Shown here piece after piece: positions 1 to 8,360 of a stretch of 64,000 nucleotides of DNA. The notes under the pieces are model-generated. The model was not told where the DNA came from, did no database searches, and saw only the letters and a list, made by a program, of their open reading frames with translations. The position numbers and the translations under genes were made by a program. Origin of the DNA: an uncultured Tissierellaceae bacterium (lineage in GTDB: Bacteria > Bacillota > Clostridia > Tissierellales > Tissierellaceae); assembly GCA_964484955.1 (NCBI GenBank), contig CAZAGS010000001.1, positions 8,037-72,036 on the forward strand, given 5' to 3'. The first letter of the stretch is position 1. Every line of letters begins with the position of its first letter.

Positions 1-1121
1 TTAGGAGACAGACCTTAGTTAATGCAGAAAGGTATTATACAGATGAGTTAAAGAGTATGGAATCCCAGATACTTGGTGCAGATGAAAGAGCCTTGGAAAT
101 GGAATATATGATATTTCAAGAGATAAGAGATATAATTAAGGCAGAAATTGTAAGGCTACAAGATACCAGTAAATATGTATCTATTGTAGATCTACTAAAT
201 ACATTTGCATATGTGGCATATAAAAACAATTTTATTAGACCTAAAACAAATACAAAAGGATATATTCATATTGAAGAGGGAAGACATCCTGTTGTAGAAA
301 AGAATATTGAAAATAATTTATTTGTTCCTAATGATACTGTATTAGATACAAAGAAAAATATGGTTCAAATAATTACAGGTCCTAATATGGCTGGTAAATC
401 AACTTATATGAGGCAAGTAGCTATTATTACTTTGCTTTGTCAAATAGGGTCATTTGTCCCTGCTAAATCTGCTGATATATCTATTGTGGATAGAATATTT
501 ACTAGGATTGGAGCTTCTGATAATTTGTCCCAAGGTGAGAGTACATTCATGGTTGAAATGAATGAAGTTTCAAATATAATTAAATATGCTAGTAAAGATA
601 GTTTGATTATATTAGATGAAGTAGGAAGGGGTACCAGTACTTTTGATGGCCTGAGCATAGCCTGGGCTGTTGCAGAATATATTGCAGAGGTTATTAAAGC
701 TAAGACTCTATTTGCTACTCATTACCATGAATTAACACAATTAGAAAATAGTATAAAAGGAATTGTAAATCTAACTATTGTGGCGGAAGAAAAAGGCGAT
801 GATATTGTCTTTTTAAGAAAAGTTGTAAAAGGTTCTACTAATAAAAGTTATGGTATTCAAGTATCCCGGCTTGCAGGTTTAAATAAGGATATAATAAATA
901 GGGCCAATGAAATATTATTAATAATTGAAGGAAGTCATCAGATTAATATAAATGACACTAAAGTAGAACCATTAAAGCAATTGAATTTACTGGATTATAA
1001 GAAGGATTACTATTTAGATAGGGTAAGGAAAATAGATATTGGAACCTTGACCCCTATAGAGGCCTTAAATACGCTTAATAATTTAGTTGAAGATGCTAAA
1101 AATCTGAAGGGGAATTCATAA
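1..1121 (+). CDS. mutS: DNA mismatch repair protein MutS, C-terminal part (gene begins upstream of window; frame open from nt 3)
   Basis: Translation shows the MutS ATPase domain: Walker A ITGPNMAGKSTYMRQ, Walker B LIILDEVGRGTSTFDG, FATHYHEL. The frame stays open back to the window edge (RRQTLVNAERYYTDELK...). The stop overlaps the mutL start (TAATG). Confidence 0.95.
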   Translation, partial: RRQTLVNAERYYTDELKSMESQILGADERALEMEYMIFQEIRDIIKAEIVRLQDTSKYVSIVDLLNTFAYVAYKNNFIRPKTNTKGYIHIEEGRHPVVEKNIENNLFVPNDTVLDTKKNMVQIITGPNMAGKSTYMRQVAIITLLCQIGSFVPAKSADISIVDRIFTRIGASDNLSQGESTFMVEMNEVSNIIKYASKDSLIILDEVGRGTSTFDGLSIAWAVAEYIAEVIKAKTLFATHYHELTQLENSIKGIVNLTIVAEEKGDDIVFLRKVVKGSTNKSYGIQVSRLAGLNKDIINRANEILLIIEGSHQININDTKVEPLKQLNLLDYKKDYYLDRVRKIDIGTLTPIEALNTLNNLVEDAKNLKGNS

Positions 1122-2980
1122 TGGGAAAAATAAAAATTTTAGATAATTTAACTATACAAAAGATAGCTGCTGGAGAAGTGATAGAAAGACCTGCATCTAT
1201 AGTTAAAGAATTAGTAGAAAACTCTATTGATGCTAATGCTAATAATATAATAATTGAAATTTTAGAAGGTGGAAAGAGTTTTATCCGAATAACTGATGAT
1301 GGTGATGGAATTGGTGAAGATGATTTAAAGATAGCTTTTGAAAGACATTCTACATCTAAGTTAAGGACAATTGAAGATATATATAATATTATGAGCTTAG
1401 GCTTTAGAGGGGAAGCATTATCAAGTATTTCTAGTGTTTCAAAAGTAGAGGTACTTACGAAAACGAAGAGCTCCCAAGCTGGTATTCAAGCCATTGTAGA
1501 AGAAGGGATTATCAAATCTATGTCCACTGTTGGCTCACCTAAGGGAACTACAATGATTATTAGAGATCTCTTTTATAACCTGCCAGTTAGAAAAAACTTT
1601 ATGAAAAACGAAAGAACTGAAGGCAATCATATTAGTGATATAGTTAATAAACTTGCTTTAGGGAACTATAATAAAGGATTTAAATTTATAAGAGATAATA
1701 AAATTGTGTTACAAAGCTCTAGCAATTCTAATTTAAAAGAAAATATCTATCAAATACTTGGTAAGGATTTTTCTAAAAATTTGGTAGAGATAAATTTTGA
1801 AAATCATGATATAAAGATATTTGGTTTTATTTCAGATAATAACTTATATAGAAGCAATAGGTCTCATCAGTATCTATATATTAATGGTCGATATATAGTG
1901 GATTATGGAATTTCATCAATTATTGATAATCATTATAAATCCTTAATTCCCTTGAATCGGTTTCCGGTATTTATACTTTATATAGAAATGAACCCAAATG
2001 ATATAGATGTTAATATTCATCCAACAAAACAAGAGATAAAATTTGTCAATAATACCAATATTCATGGTATAGTAAGTAATATAGTGAAAAGTGCATTACA
2101 CAGTTCATTATATGTGCCCAAAATGGGCTTTAAAGAAGATAAAGTAGATAAGGATGAGGACTTAATAGAGCTTTTTACAGAAGAGCCTATAAACGCCTAT
2201 GATGATGTAGTTGTGAAAGATTATACATCAGATAAGCTTGATCAAGATGATAAAGTAGAATATAGCAAAGAAACTTTTTCTACTACTAGTTTTCAAGATT
2301 ATAAGTTTTTTGAAGAAGAAGTGGTAAGTCAATATGAAGATATTAAAATAGAGCCTTTTAAAGAGGAAGTTCTTGAAGAATTAAAAATTGAAGATGTACT
2401 ATCTGAGATTAATCCCATTGGAGTGGCCTTTGGCACTTATATAGTTGCAGAAAATGTTGAATCTACTAGCCTATACTTTATAGACCAGCATGCTGCTCAT
2501 GAAAGAGTTATGTATGAAAGATATTTAGAGGAATTTAGAAAGGAAGGGGTAAATACCCAACAATTAATTGCCCCTGAAATCATACAATTAACTAATAGGG
2601 AAATGGATGAAGCCTTATCTAATTTTGATCTTTTTATTAAATTGGGTTTTGATATTGAGGAATTTGGACCTTTAAGCATAGCTTTAAGAGGAGTTCCATT
2701 AATATTTGGTAAACCCAATGCTAGATCTTTGTTTTTAGAAATATTGGATAATATAAAAGTAGATGTTAAAAATAATTATGATATCAAGGTTGAAAAAATT
2801 ATGAAACTGGCTTGTTCTTCTGCTATAAAAGCTGGAGACCGCTTAAGCAATGTAGAAATTATGAGCCTATTTAGAGATTTAAAGGCTTGTGAAAACCCTT
2901 ATACCTGCCCTCATGGTAGGCCAATTATGATAGAAATATCTCAAAAGGATATTGAAAAACAGTTTTTAAGAATAGGATGA
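1121..2980 (+). CDS. mutL: DNA mismatch repair protein MutL
   Basis: GHKL ATPase motifs (VKELVENSIDA, DDGDGI, LGFRGEAL). C-terminal MutL endonuclease/dimerisation motifs (DQHAAHERV, CPHGRP). Translationally coupled to mutS. Confidence 0.95.
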   Translation: MGKIKILDNLTIQKIAAGEVIERPASIVKELVENSIDANANNIIIEILEGGKSFIRITDDGDGIGEDDLKIAFERHSTSKLRTIEDIYNIMSLGFRGEALSSISSVSKVEVLTKTKSSQAGIQAIVEEGIIKSMSTVGSPKGTTMIIRDLFYNLPVRKNFMKNERTEGNHISDIVNKLALGNYNKGFKFIRDNKIVLQSSSNSNLKENIYQILGKDFSKNLVEINFENHDIKIFGFISDNNLYRSNRSHQYLYINGRYIVDYGISSIIDNHYKSLIPLNRFPVFILYIEMNPNDIDVNIHPTKQEIKFVNNTNIHGIVSNIVKSALHSSLYVPKMGFKEDKVDKDEDLIELFTEEPINAYDDVVVKDYTSDKLDQDDKVEYSKETFSTTSFQDYKFFEEEVVSQYEDIKIEPFKEEVLEELKIEDVLSEINPIGVAFGTYIVAENVESTSLYFIDQHAAHERVMYERYLEEFRKEGVNTQQLIAPEIIQLTNREMDEALSNFDLFIKLGFDIEEFGPLSIALRGVPLIFGKPNARSLFLEILDNIKVDVKNNYDIKVEKIMKLACSSAIKAGDRLSNVEIMSLFRDLKACENPYTCPHGRPIMIEISQKDIEKQFLRIG

Positions 2981-2986
2981 TTAAAT

Positions 2987-3931
2987 TTGAAGGATAACTT
3001 ATGTATAATAGTAGGACCTACCTCCATAGGAAAAAGTGACTTGGCAATTGATTTGGCCCAAAAACATAATGGGGAAATAATCTCTGCAGATTCCATGCAA
3101 ATATATAAATATATGAATATAGGGACAGCCAAGGTAAGAGAAGAGGAAATGAAAGACATACCCCATCATATGGTAGATATTATAGATCTAGATGAAGGCT
3201 TTACGGTATCAGATTTTAAGCATATGGCAAAAAAACATATTAAAGAAATTAACTCTAAGGGCAGATTACCTATTGTAGTAGGGGGGACTGGCTTATATAT
3301 AAACTCCTTAGTATATAATTTAGATTTTGCACAAATACCTCCTAATGAAGAGTTAAGAATGGAGTATGAAGACAAAATTGAAAAGTTTGGCAATGAATAT
3401 TTGCATAATAAATTAATGAAAATAGACAAATCTAGTGGAGAAAAGATCAGTATTAAAGATAAAAAACGAATTATCAGAGCTCTAGAAATCTATGATTCAA
3501 CGGGCCGCACAATGTCAGAATATAATAAGAACTTTAGAGTGATGAATGAGGATTATAATCTACTATATATTGCTTTAGATATGGACCGAGCCAAACTCTA
3601 TGAAAGAATTAACAATAGAGTTGATATTATGTTGGAAAAAGGTCTTATAGATGAAGTTAAAAGTATTTTAGAAATGGGCTATAATAAGGATTTAATATCA
3701 TTAAAGGCCATAGGATATAAGGAAATAATAATGTATTTAGAAAATGAAATAAGTTTAGAGGAAGCTATAGAACTGATTAAAAAAGCTAGTAGAAATTATG
3801 CTAAAAGACAATTGACTTGGTTTAGAAGGGACCATAGAATTAAGTGGATTAATATTGATGAGTATGATAAAACTATTGATATATGCAATAATATTAGTGA
3901 TTATATTGTGGAGAGTTTAAATACTAATTAG
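2987..3931 (+). CDS. miaA: tRNA dimethylallyltransferase MiaA
   Basis: P-loop GPTSIGKS and IPP-transferase family sequence throughout ([26 protein letters not shown]). TTG start 6 nt after the mutL stop. Confidence 0.93.
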   Translation: MKDNLCIIVGPTSIGKSDLAIDLAQKHNGEIISADSMQIYKYMNIGTAKVREEEMKDIPHHMVDIIDLDEGFTVSDFKHMAKKHIKEINSKGRLPIVVGGTGLYINSLVYNLDFAQIPPNEELRMEYEDKIEKFGNEYLHNKLMKIDKSSGEKISIKDKKRIIRALEIYDSTGRTMSEYNKNFRVMNEDYNLLYIALDMDRAKLYERINNRVDIMLEKGLIDEVKSILEMGYNKDLISLKAIGYKEIIMYLENEISLEEAIELIKKASRNYAKRQLTWFRRDHRIKWINIDEYDKTIDICNNISDYIVESLNTN

Positions 3932-3944
3932 AGGAGGAATTGTT

Positions 3945-4169
3945 TTGAACAAATCTGTTAACTTACAAGATGTATTTTTAAACAAAGCTAGAAAAGACAA
4001 TATTAATATTACAGTATTCCTAATTAACGGTTACCAAATTAAAGGTATAGTAAAGGGTTTTGATAATTATACAATAGTCATTGAGAGCCAAGATCAACAG
4101 CAACTTATTTACAAACATGCTATTTCTACCATAATTCCCATTACTCACGTAGAGTTAGAATTAAATTAA
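3945..4169 (+). CDS. hfq: RNA chaperone Hfq
   Basis: Sm1/Sm2 motifs ([30 protein letters not shown]). TTG start with a GAGGAGG SD 7 nt upstream. Confidence 0.93.
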   Translation: MNKSVNLQDVFLNKARKDNINITVFLINGYQIKGIVKGFDNYTIVIESQDQQQLIYKHAISTIIPITHVELELN

Positions 4170-4196
4170 TCAGATTAAAATAATGGATGGTGCATA

Positions 4197-5486
4197 ATGA
4201 ATCAGTATATTAAAGAAATGTTAGAGAATAAGTTCCAAATTAATGAAGAGGTAATCCAATATGTAGATAGAAAAGAAAAACTAATATTAAGTAAATTCGA
4301 CTTAATAAATGATATAAAAGAGTTTAATCAATATAAAGTAATAAATGCTATGCAAGATTCAAAACTAAGTTCAACAGATTTTCATTGGACTTCAGGTTAT
4401 GGCTATGGTGATGTAGGTCGTGATAAGGCTGAAGAAATCTATTCTAAGGTATTTAATACTGAAGATGCTTTGGTAAGACCTACTATTGTTTCAGGAACTC
4501 ATGCTATTACCCTTGCCTTATCAGCCTTGCTTAAACCAGGGGATGAGCTCTTATATATAACTGGGACTCCTTATGATACATTACTTAAGGTTATAGGCCT
4601 GCAAGGTGATAAGAATGGCACCCTAATGGACTATGGAGTAGATTATAATGAAATCCCTCTAGTGGACAATAAAATTCAATTAGATTTAGTAAAAGAGTCA
4701 ATTACTTCTAAAACACGAGTAATTGGTATTCAAAGATCTACTGGCTATAGTGATAGAAGGGCCTTAACTATTGATGAAATAGAAGAAGCAGTATTATCTA
4801 TTAGGGAATATAATAAGGATGTAATAATATTTGTAGATAATTGTTATGGTGAATTTTTAGAAATGAAAGAACCTACTGATGTAGGTGTTGATATTATGGC
4901 AGGATCACTAATTAAGAATCCAGGCGGTGGAATAGCATTATCCGGTGGCTATATAGTAGGTCGAGCCAAATTAATAGAACAAGTAGCCAATAGAAGCACG
5001 GCACCTGGTATAGGTAAAGAATGTGGACTTACCTTCGGAACCACTAGAACTACTCTACAGGGCCTATTCTTAGCCCCTCATATAGTATCTGAGGCAGTGA
5101 AGGGAGCTTTATTGGTAGCTATTGTATATAGTCACTTAGGCTTTAGGGTAATTCCCTCTGTAGATGATAAAAGAAGTGATATAATTCAAGGGGTAGAACT
5201 TTTAACTGGTGAAAGGGTAGTAGAGTTTTGCAAAGGAATTCAATCAGCCTCTGCAGTTGATTCTTATATTACACCTGAACCTTGGGAAATGCCGGGCTAT
5301 GAAGACAAGGTTGTAATGGCGGCAGGTGGCTTTATAGAAGGTTCATCTATTGAACTTAGTGCTGATGGACCTATGAGAGAGCCATACTTTGCATATTATC
5401 AAGGTGGATTAACCTATGAACACTGCAAATTAGGTGTTTTAAAATCCATTAATAATCTATACTCTAAAAATTTAATTAGCTTATAA
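4197..5486 (+). CDS. YnbB-family PLP-dependent enzyme (methionine gamma-lyase-like / 'aluminium resistance protein' family)
   Basis: 429-aa protein with the characteristic family sequence (SGYGYGDVGRD, VSGTHAI, GSLIKNPGGGIA). Last gene of the mutSL-miaA-hfq operon, as in other Firmicutes. Confidence 0.8.
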   Translation: MNQYIKEMLENKFQINEEVIQYVDRKEKLILSKFDLINDIKEFNQYKVINAMQDSKLSSTDFHWTSGYGYGDVGRDKAEEIYSKVFNTEDALVRPTIVSGTHAITLALSALLKPGDELLYITGTPYDTLLKVIGLQGDKNGTLMDYGVDYNEIPLVDNKIQLDLVKESITSKTRVIGIQRSTGYSDRRALTIDEIEEAVLSIREYNKDVIIFVDNCYGEFLEMKEPTDVGVDIMAGSLIKNPGGGIALSGGYIVGRAKLIEQVANRSTAPGIGKECGLTFGTTRTTLQGLFLAPHIVSEAVKGALLVAIVYSHLGFRVIPSVDDKRSDIIQGVELLTGERVVEFCKGIQSASAVDSYITPEPWEMPGYEDKVVMAAGGFIEGSSIELSADGPMREPYFAYYQGGLTYEHCKLGVLKSINNLYSKNLISL

Positions 5487-5491
5487 TTAGT

Positions 5492-5531
5492 AAAAAGCAC
5501 TTCATATTTTAAAATATGAAGTGCTTTTTTT
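5492..5531. terminator. Bidirectional rho-independent terminator between convergent ynbB-like gene and lexA
   Basis: Perfect 14-bp-arm palindrome GCACTTCATATTTT/AAAATATGAAGTGC (5497-5524), flanked by an A-run on the left and a T-run on the right. Confidence 0.75.
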
Positions 5532-6147
5532 AGAGTTTTCTATATAAACCAATAACCTTTCCTAAAACTGAAACATCTTTTGAATAAATTGGTTCCATAA
5601 ATTGATTTTCTGGTTGTAATCTTATACGATCTTTTTCTTTAAAGAATCTTTTTAAAGTAGCATCTTCACCTAGAAGAGCTACTACAATATCTCCGTTCAT
5701 AGCTGTTCTTTGCTCTTTAATTAAGACTAAGTCACCATCAAGTATACCAGCGTCTATCATACTTTCACCCTGAACAGAAAGCATAAAGACATCATGTCCT
5801 TCTACTAACTCTAAAGGAACAGGGTAGGTGTCTTCAATATTCTCCACAGCTAATATAGGAACACCGGCAGTAATTTTACCAACTATTGGAATATCAACTG
5901 TTCGTTTTCTAATTAATAAAAAATCATCATTTTTATCTAAGATTTCTATGGCTCTTGGTTTAGTAGGGTCTTTTCTTATATAACCTTTAATTTCTAACTT
6001 TTCCAAATGTCCATGTACAGTGGATGTAGATTTAAGACCAACGCCTTTACATATTTCTCTAACTGCAGGGGGGTAGCCTTGTCTTTGAATTTCATTTTTT
6101 ATATAAAGTAAGATTTCAATTTGTTTTTGATTTAGATCCTCATACAT
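5530..6147 (-). CDS. lexA: LexA repressor
   Basis: N-terminal winged-helix ([26 protein letters not shown]). Ala-Gly cleavage site (KITAGVP). S24 peptidase Ser/Lys motifs (GESMIDAGI..., LKRF). Confidence 0.95.
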   Translation of the reverse strand: MYEDLNQKQIEILLYIKNEIQRQGYPPAVREICKGVGLKSTSTVHGHLEKLEIKGYIRKDPTKPRAIEILDKNDDFLLIRKRTVDIPIVGKITAGVPILAVENIEDTYPVPLELVEGHDVFMLSVQGESMIDAGILDGDLVLIKEQRTAMNGDIVVALLGEDATLKRFFKEKDRIRLQPENQFMEPIYSKDVSVLGKVIGLYRKL

Positions 6148-6201
6148 ATTAAAACACCTCTCAATAGTAATATTAATACTTATAATTGCTAACTTTGGTT
6201 A

Positions 6202-6230
6202 AGTATAACATAGTATTTAAAATAAATCAA
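6202..6230 (-). promoter_or_regulatory. Candidate lexA promoter (-35 TTGATT, 17-nt spacer, -10 TATACT)
   Basis: Read on the - strand: TTGATT (6230-6225), 17 nt, TATACT (6207-6202). The -35 overlaps an imperfect LexA box. Confidence 0.5.
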
Positions 6231-6240
6231 ACGTTAGTTC
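6229..6240. promoter_or_regulatory. Imperfect LexA (Cheo-type) box AAACGTTAGTTC
   Basis: 11/12 match to the Firmicutes GAAC-N4-GTTC core. Overlaps the candidate lexA -35, which would give autoregulation. Confidence 0.5.
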
Positions 6241-6259
6241 TTTTATTTCAAAAAAGCTA

Positions 6260-6288
6260 TTGACATAGAACGAATGTTCCTGTAGAAT
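6260..6288 (+). promoter_or_regulatory. Promoter of the yneA-like gene (-35 TTGACA, 17-nt spacer, extended -10 TGTAGAAT)
   Basis: TTGACA at 6260-6265, a 17-nt spacer, TAGAAT at 6283-6288 preceded by TG. Confidence 0.65.
6268..6279. promoter_or_regulatory. LexA box GAACGAATGTTC inside the promoter spacer
   Basis: Perfect GAAC-N4-GTTC palindrome core between the -35 and -10 of the yneA-like promoter. Confidence 0.75.
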
Positions 6289-6298
6289 ATAATTAATA

Positions 6299-6310
6299 GA
6301 ACAGTTGTTC
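6299..6310. promoter_or_regulatory. LexA box GAACAGTTGTTC just downstream of the predicted start site
   Basis: Perfect GAAC-N4-GTTC core about 10 nt after the -10 element. Confidence 0.75.
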
Positions 6311-6334
6311 CGAACTAACGTGCGAGGTGTGTAT

Positions 6335-6643
6335 ATGAAAACTAAAAAATACAGAATAGTAAACAAAAGCAGATTCTATACATTCATAACATTAACATTG
6401 ATAATAGGAGGTATTTTTACAAACACCTTATTATCAACAGCTAAGGCCTATAGTAACCCTGCAGATATACCATATGAAGAGATTATTATAGCAGAAGGTG
6501 ATACGCTTTGGTATATAGCTCTTGAATTTATGCCACAAAATTATGATGTAAGAGAAATGATATACAATATTAGACAACTTAACAATATGAACACTGTTTC
6601 AATCCACCCCGGAGATAAGATTAAGGTTCCTATTGTTAAATAA
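6335..6643 (+). CDS. yneA: YneA-like SOS cell-division inhibitor (N-terminal TM helix + LysM domain)
   Basis: 102 aa with a TM segment (FYTFITLTLIIGGIFTNTLL) and a LysM motif (IIIAEGDTLWYIA...IHPGDKIKVP). Divergent from lexA behind two LexA boxes, as for B. subtilis yneA. ATG at 6335 has a GAGGTG SD; the ORF-track start at 6305 lies inside a LexA box. Confidence 0.7.
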   Translation: MKTKKYRIVNKSRFYTFITLTLIIGGIFTNTLLSTAKAYSNPADIPYEEIIIAEGDTLWYIALEFMPQNYDVREMIYNIRQLNNMNTVSIHPGDKIKVPIVK

Positions 6644-6685
6644 AAATGATGAAGCTAAAGATTAATCTTTAGCTTCATCATTTTT
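6642..6685 (+). terminator. Rho-independent terminator of the yneA-like gene
   Basis: 20-bp arms AAAAATGATGAAGCTAAAGA / TCTTTAGCTTCATCATTTTT with loop TTAA, followed by a T-run. Overlaps the 3' end of the convergent recombinase gene. Confidence 0.7.
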
Positions 6686-7639
6686 TCTATGGGCCAGAGG
6701 ATTGCTGTTAATGGCTTCTCTTAATCTTTTGTTATCAATATGGGTATAAATCTGAGTAGTTGCTACAGACTCATGGCCTAAAATCTCTTGTAAAGCTCTA
6801 ATATCAACATTACCATACTTATACATTAGAGTAGCTGCAGTATGCCTTAGCTTGTGAGTAGAGTATACATCTGTATCTAGGCCAGACTTTTCTAAATATT
6901 TATCAATCATATATTGAATTCCCCGATTGCCTAAACGTTTCTTTTTTCTGCTTATAAAAAGAGCTTTATTGTCTAGATTATCTTTAGGTCTTACATTTAT
7001 ATAATCTTCAATAGCTTCGTATGTAGCCTGGTTTAAGAATACTGTTCTTTCTTTGTTTCCTTTACCGATAACAGTTAAAGTATCTCGATCTCTAATACTA
7101 TCAATATTAATACTAGATAATTCAGAAAGCCTTAAGCCGCAGTTTAGGAATAACATAATAATAGCATAATCTCTTTTTTTGAATTCTTCATTTTTATTTT
7201 CCAATACAACATTTAGCAGATTTTCAGATTCTTCTAATGTAAGATAGACAGGATGCCTTAAATCTGTTTTTGGAAATTCAAGGGACTCGGCTGGATTTTT
7301 TTCTATAACATTTATAATTGCATATAAATATTCAAAGAAGGATCTAATGGAAGCAACTTTTCTAGATTTAGCAAAATTTCCATTTCCTAATTTTTTATCT
7401 GCATAAGATATGTATGCATGTAAATCTTGAATTGTAATTCTTTTAATTAAATCCAAATCAATATCTGAAATTGGAATTTCTTTAAACTCAATTGAGGGAT
7501 GGACTAATTTATATCTAACCTTTATAAATCTAAAGAAGGTTCTTAAATCAAAATAGTATTCTTTTACTGTATTTGAAGAAGAACCTTTAATAGTTTCCAT
7601 ATAATTTAGATAATCATCCAATATTAATGAGATTTCCAC
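6662..7639 (-). CDS. Tyrosine site-specific recombinase, XerC/XerD family
   Basis: N-terminal SAM-like core-binding domain (SSNTVKEYYFDLRTFFRFI). Catalytic R (CGLRLSEL), K (GKGNKER), HxxR (HKLRHTAAT), H and Y (LGHESVATTQIYTH). GTG start with an AGGTGA SD. Confidence 0.85.
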   Translation of the reverse strand: MEISLILDDYLNYMETIKGSSSNTVKEYYFDLRTFFRFIKVRYKLVHPSIEFKEIPISDIDLDLIKRITIQDLHAYISYADKKLGNGNFAKSRKVASIRSFFEYLYAIINVIEKNPAESLEFPKTDLRHPVYLTLEESENLLNVVLENKNEEFKKRDYAIIMLFLNCGLRLSELSSINIDSIRDRDTLTVIGKGNKERTVFLNQATYEAIEDYINVRPKDNLDNKALFISRKKKRLGNRGIQYMIDKYLEKSGLDTDVYSTHKLRHTAATLMYKYGNVDIRALQEILGHESVATTQIYTHIDNKRLREAINSNPLAHRKNDEAKD

Positions 7640-7663
7640 TTTTTCACCTACTTTTTAGTGTTT

Positions 7664-7695
7664 TTATGTCACAAAATAGTTATTTTGTGACATAA
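7664..7695. repeat. Perfect inverted repeat TTATGTCACAAAATA-gt-TATTTTGTGACATAA (operator or dif-like site candidate)
   Basis: 15-bp arms with no mismatch and a 2-bp centre, 25 nt upstream of the recombinase start codon. Read directly from the sequence. Confidence 0.6.
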
Positions 7696-7827
7696 CATTT
7701 ATATTTTCTTAAATTTCATCAAATAATTAGTTCTTTTGTCTAATTTCTATTAAAATCCACAATAATGACTTTTAACGAGCTTATTATGGTCAGTAATGCA
7801 ATTATATGAAGAATTCTTTTAACTGCC

Positions 7828-7845
7828 CTTAAAATCGATTTTAAG
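7828..7845. repeat. Perfect 18-bp palindrome CTTAAAATCGATTTTAAG
   Basis: Self-complementary 18-mer in the 340-bp non-coding region. GC clamp-like flanks (gcc...agg). T-rich tail (tctgttttcc) on the + strand. Confidence 0.5.
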
Positions 7846-7976
7846 AGGTCTGTTTTCCCAAGTTTTATAAAATTTTAATATTTTAGGATAATTCTTACAA
7901 AAATCTATATTATTGATACTATTTATTATTTTCTTAGAAAAACTATAAAATTGAAACCTATTTGATAATTTGACAA

Positions 7977-8360
7977 TTATAAATTTTCTTTATAAATATC
8001 ATTTAAAACACTTTTCACAATTTGTAGTGAATTTTGAAAAGCTGTTTTAGATTGTAATAAAATAACTTTATAATGTTTGATACCAGCATCAGTTATCTTA
8101 TATCTTCTTATGGATCTTTTTTCTGGTTGATCCCACCATCCTTCTATATACCCCTCTTTTTCCATTTCTCTTAGAAGGGGGTAAACCATACCAGGACTAG
8201 GACTCCATTTGTTATTTAGTCTACTACTTATTTCATCTTTAATCATATTGCCGTAGTAATGCTTATCCATTAGTAAATGAAGAATATATAATTTAACAAA
8301 AGAAGTAGTACTAATAGTACTAGGAAATTGTCTTTGCCGCTGTCCTTTATCTATACTCAA
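7977..8360 (-). CDS. PadR-family transcriptional regulator
   Basis: Winged-helix PadR signature (LYILHLLMDKHYYGNMIKDEI...SPSPGMVYPLLREMEKEGYIEGWW...RRYKITDAG). TTG start directly abuts the upstream stop, with GGGAGA 9 nt upstream. Confidence 0.85.
   Translation of the reverse strand: MSIDKGQRQRQFPSTISTTSFVKLYILHLLMDKHYYGNMIKDEISSRLNNKWSPSPGMVYPLLREMEKEGYIEGWWDQPEKRSIRRYKITDAGIKHYKVILLQSKTAFQNSLQIVKSVLNDIYKENL

Noticed and set aside
6662-7639. The tyrosine recombinase as the integrase of a prophage or integrative element.
   Set aside because: There are no phage, conjugation or cargo genes on either side. The flanks are core genes (lexA/yneA-like on one side, PadR-PHP-rny on the other). There is no adjacent tRNA and I could find no direct-repeat att pair. 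The sequence looks XerC/D-like rather than phage-integrase-like.
7764-7808. 14-codon ORF (MTFNELIMVSNAII) in the long spacer.
   Set aside because: There is no SD, it is very short, and nothing distinguishes it from chance in AT-rich DNA.
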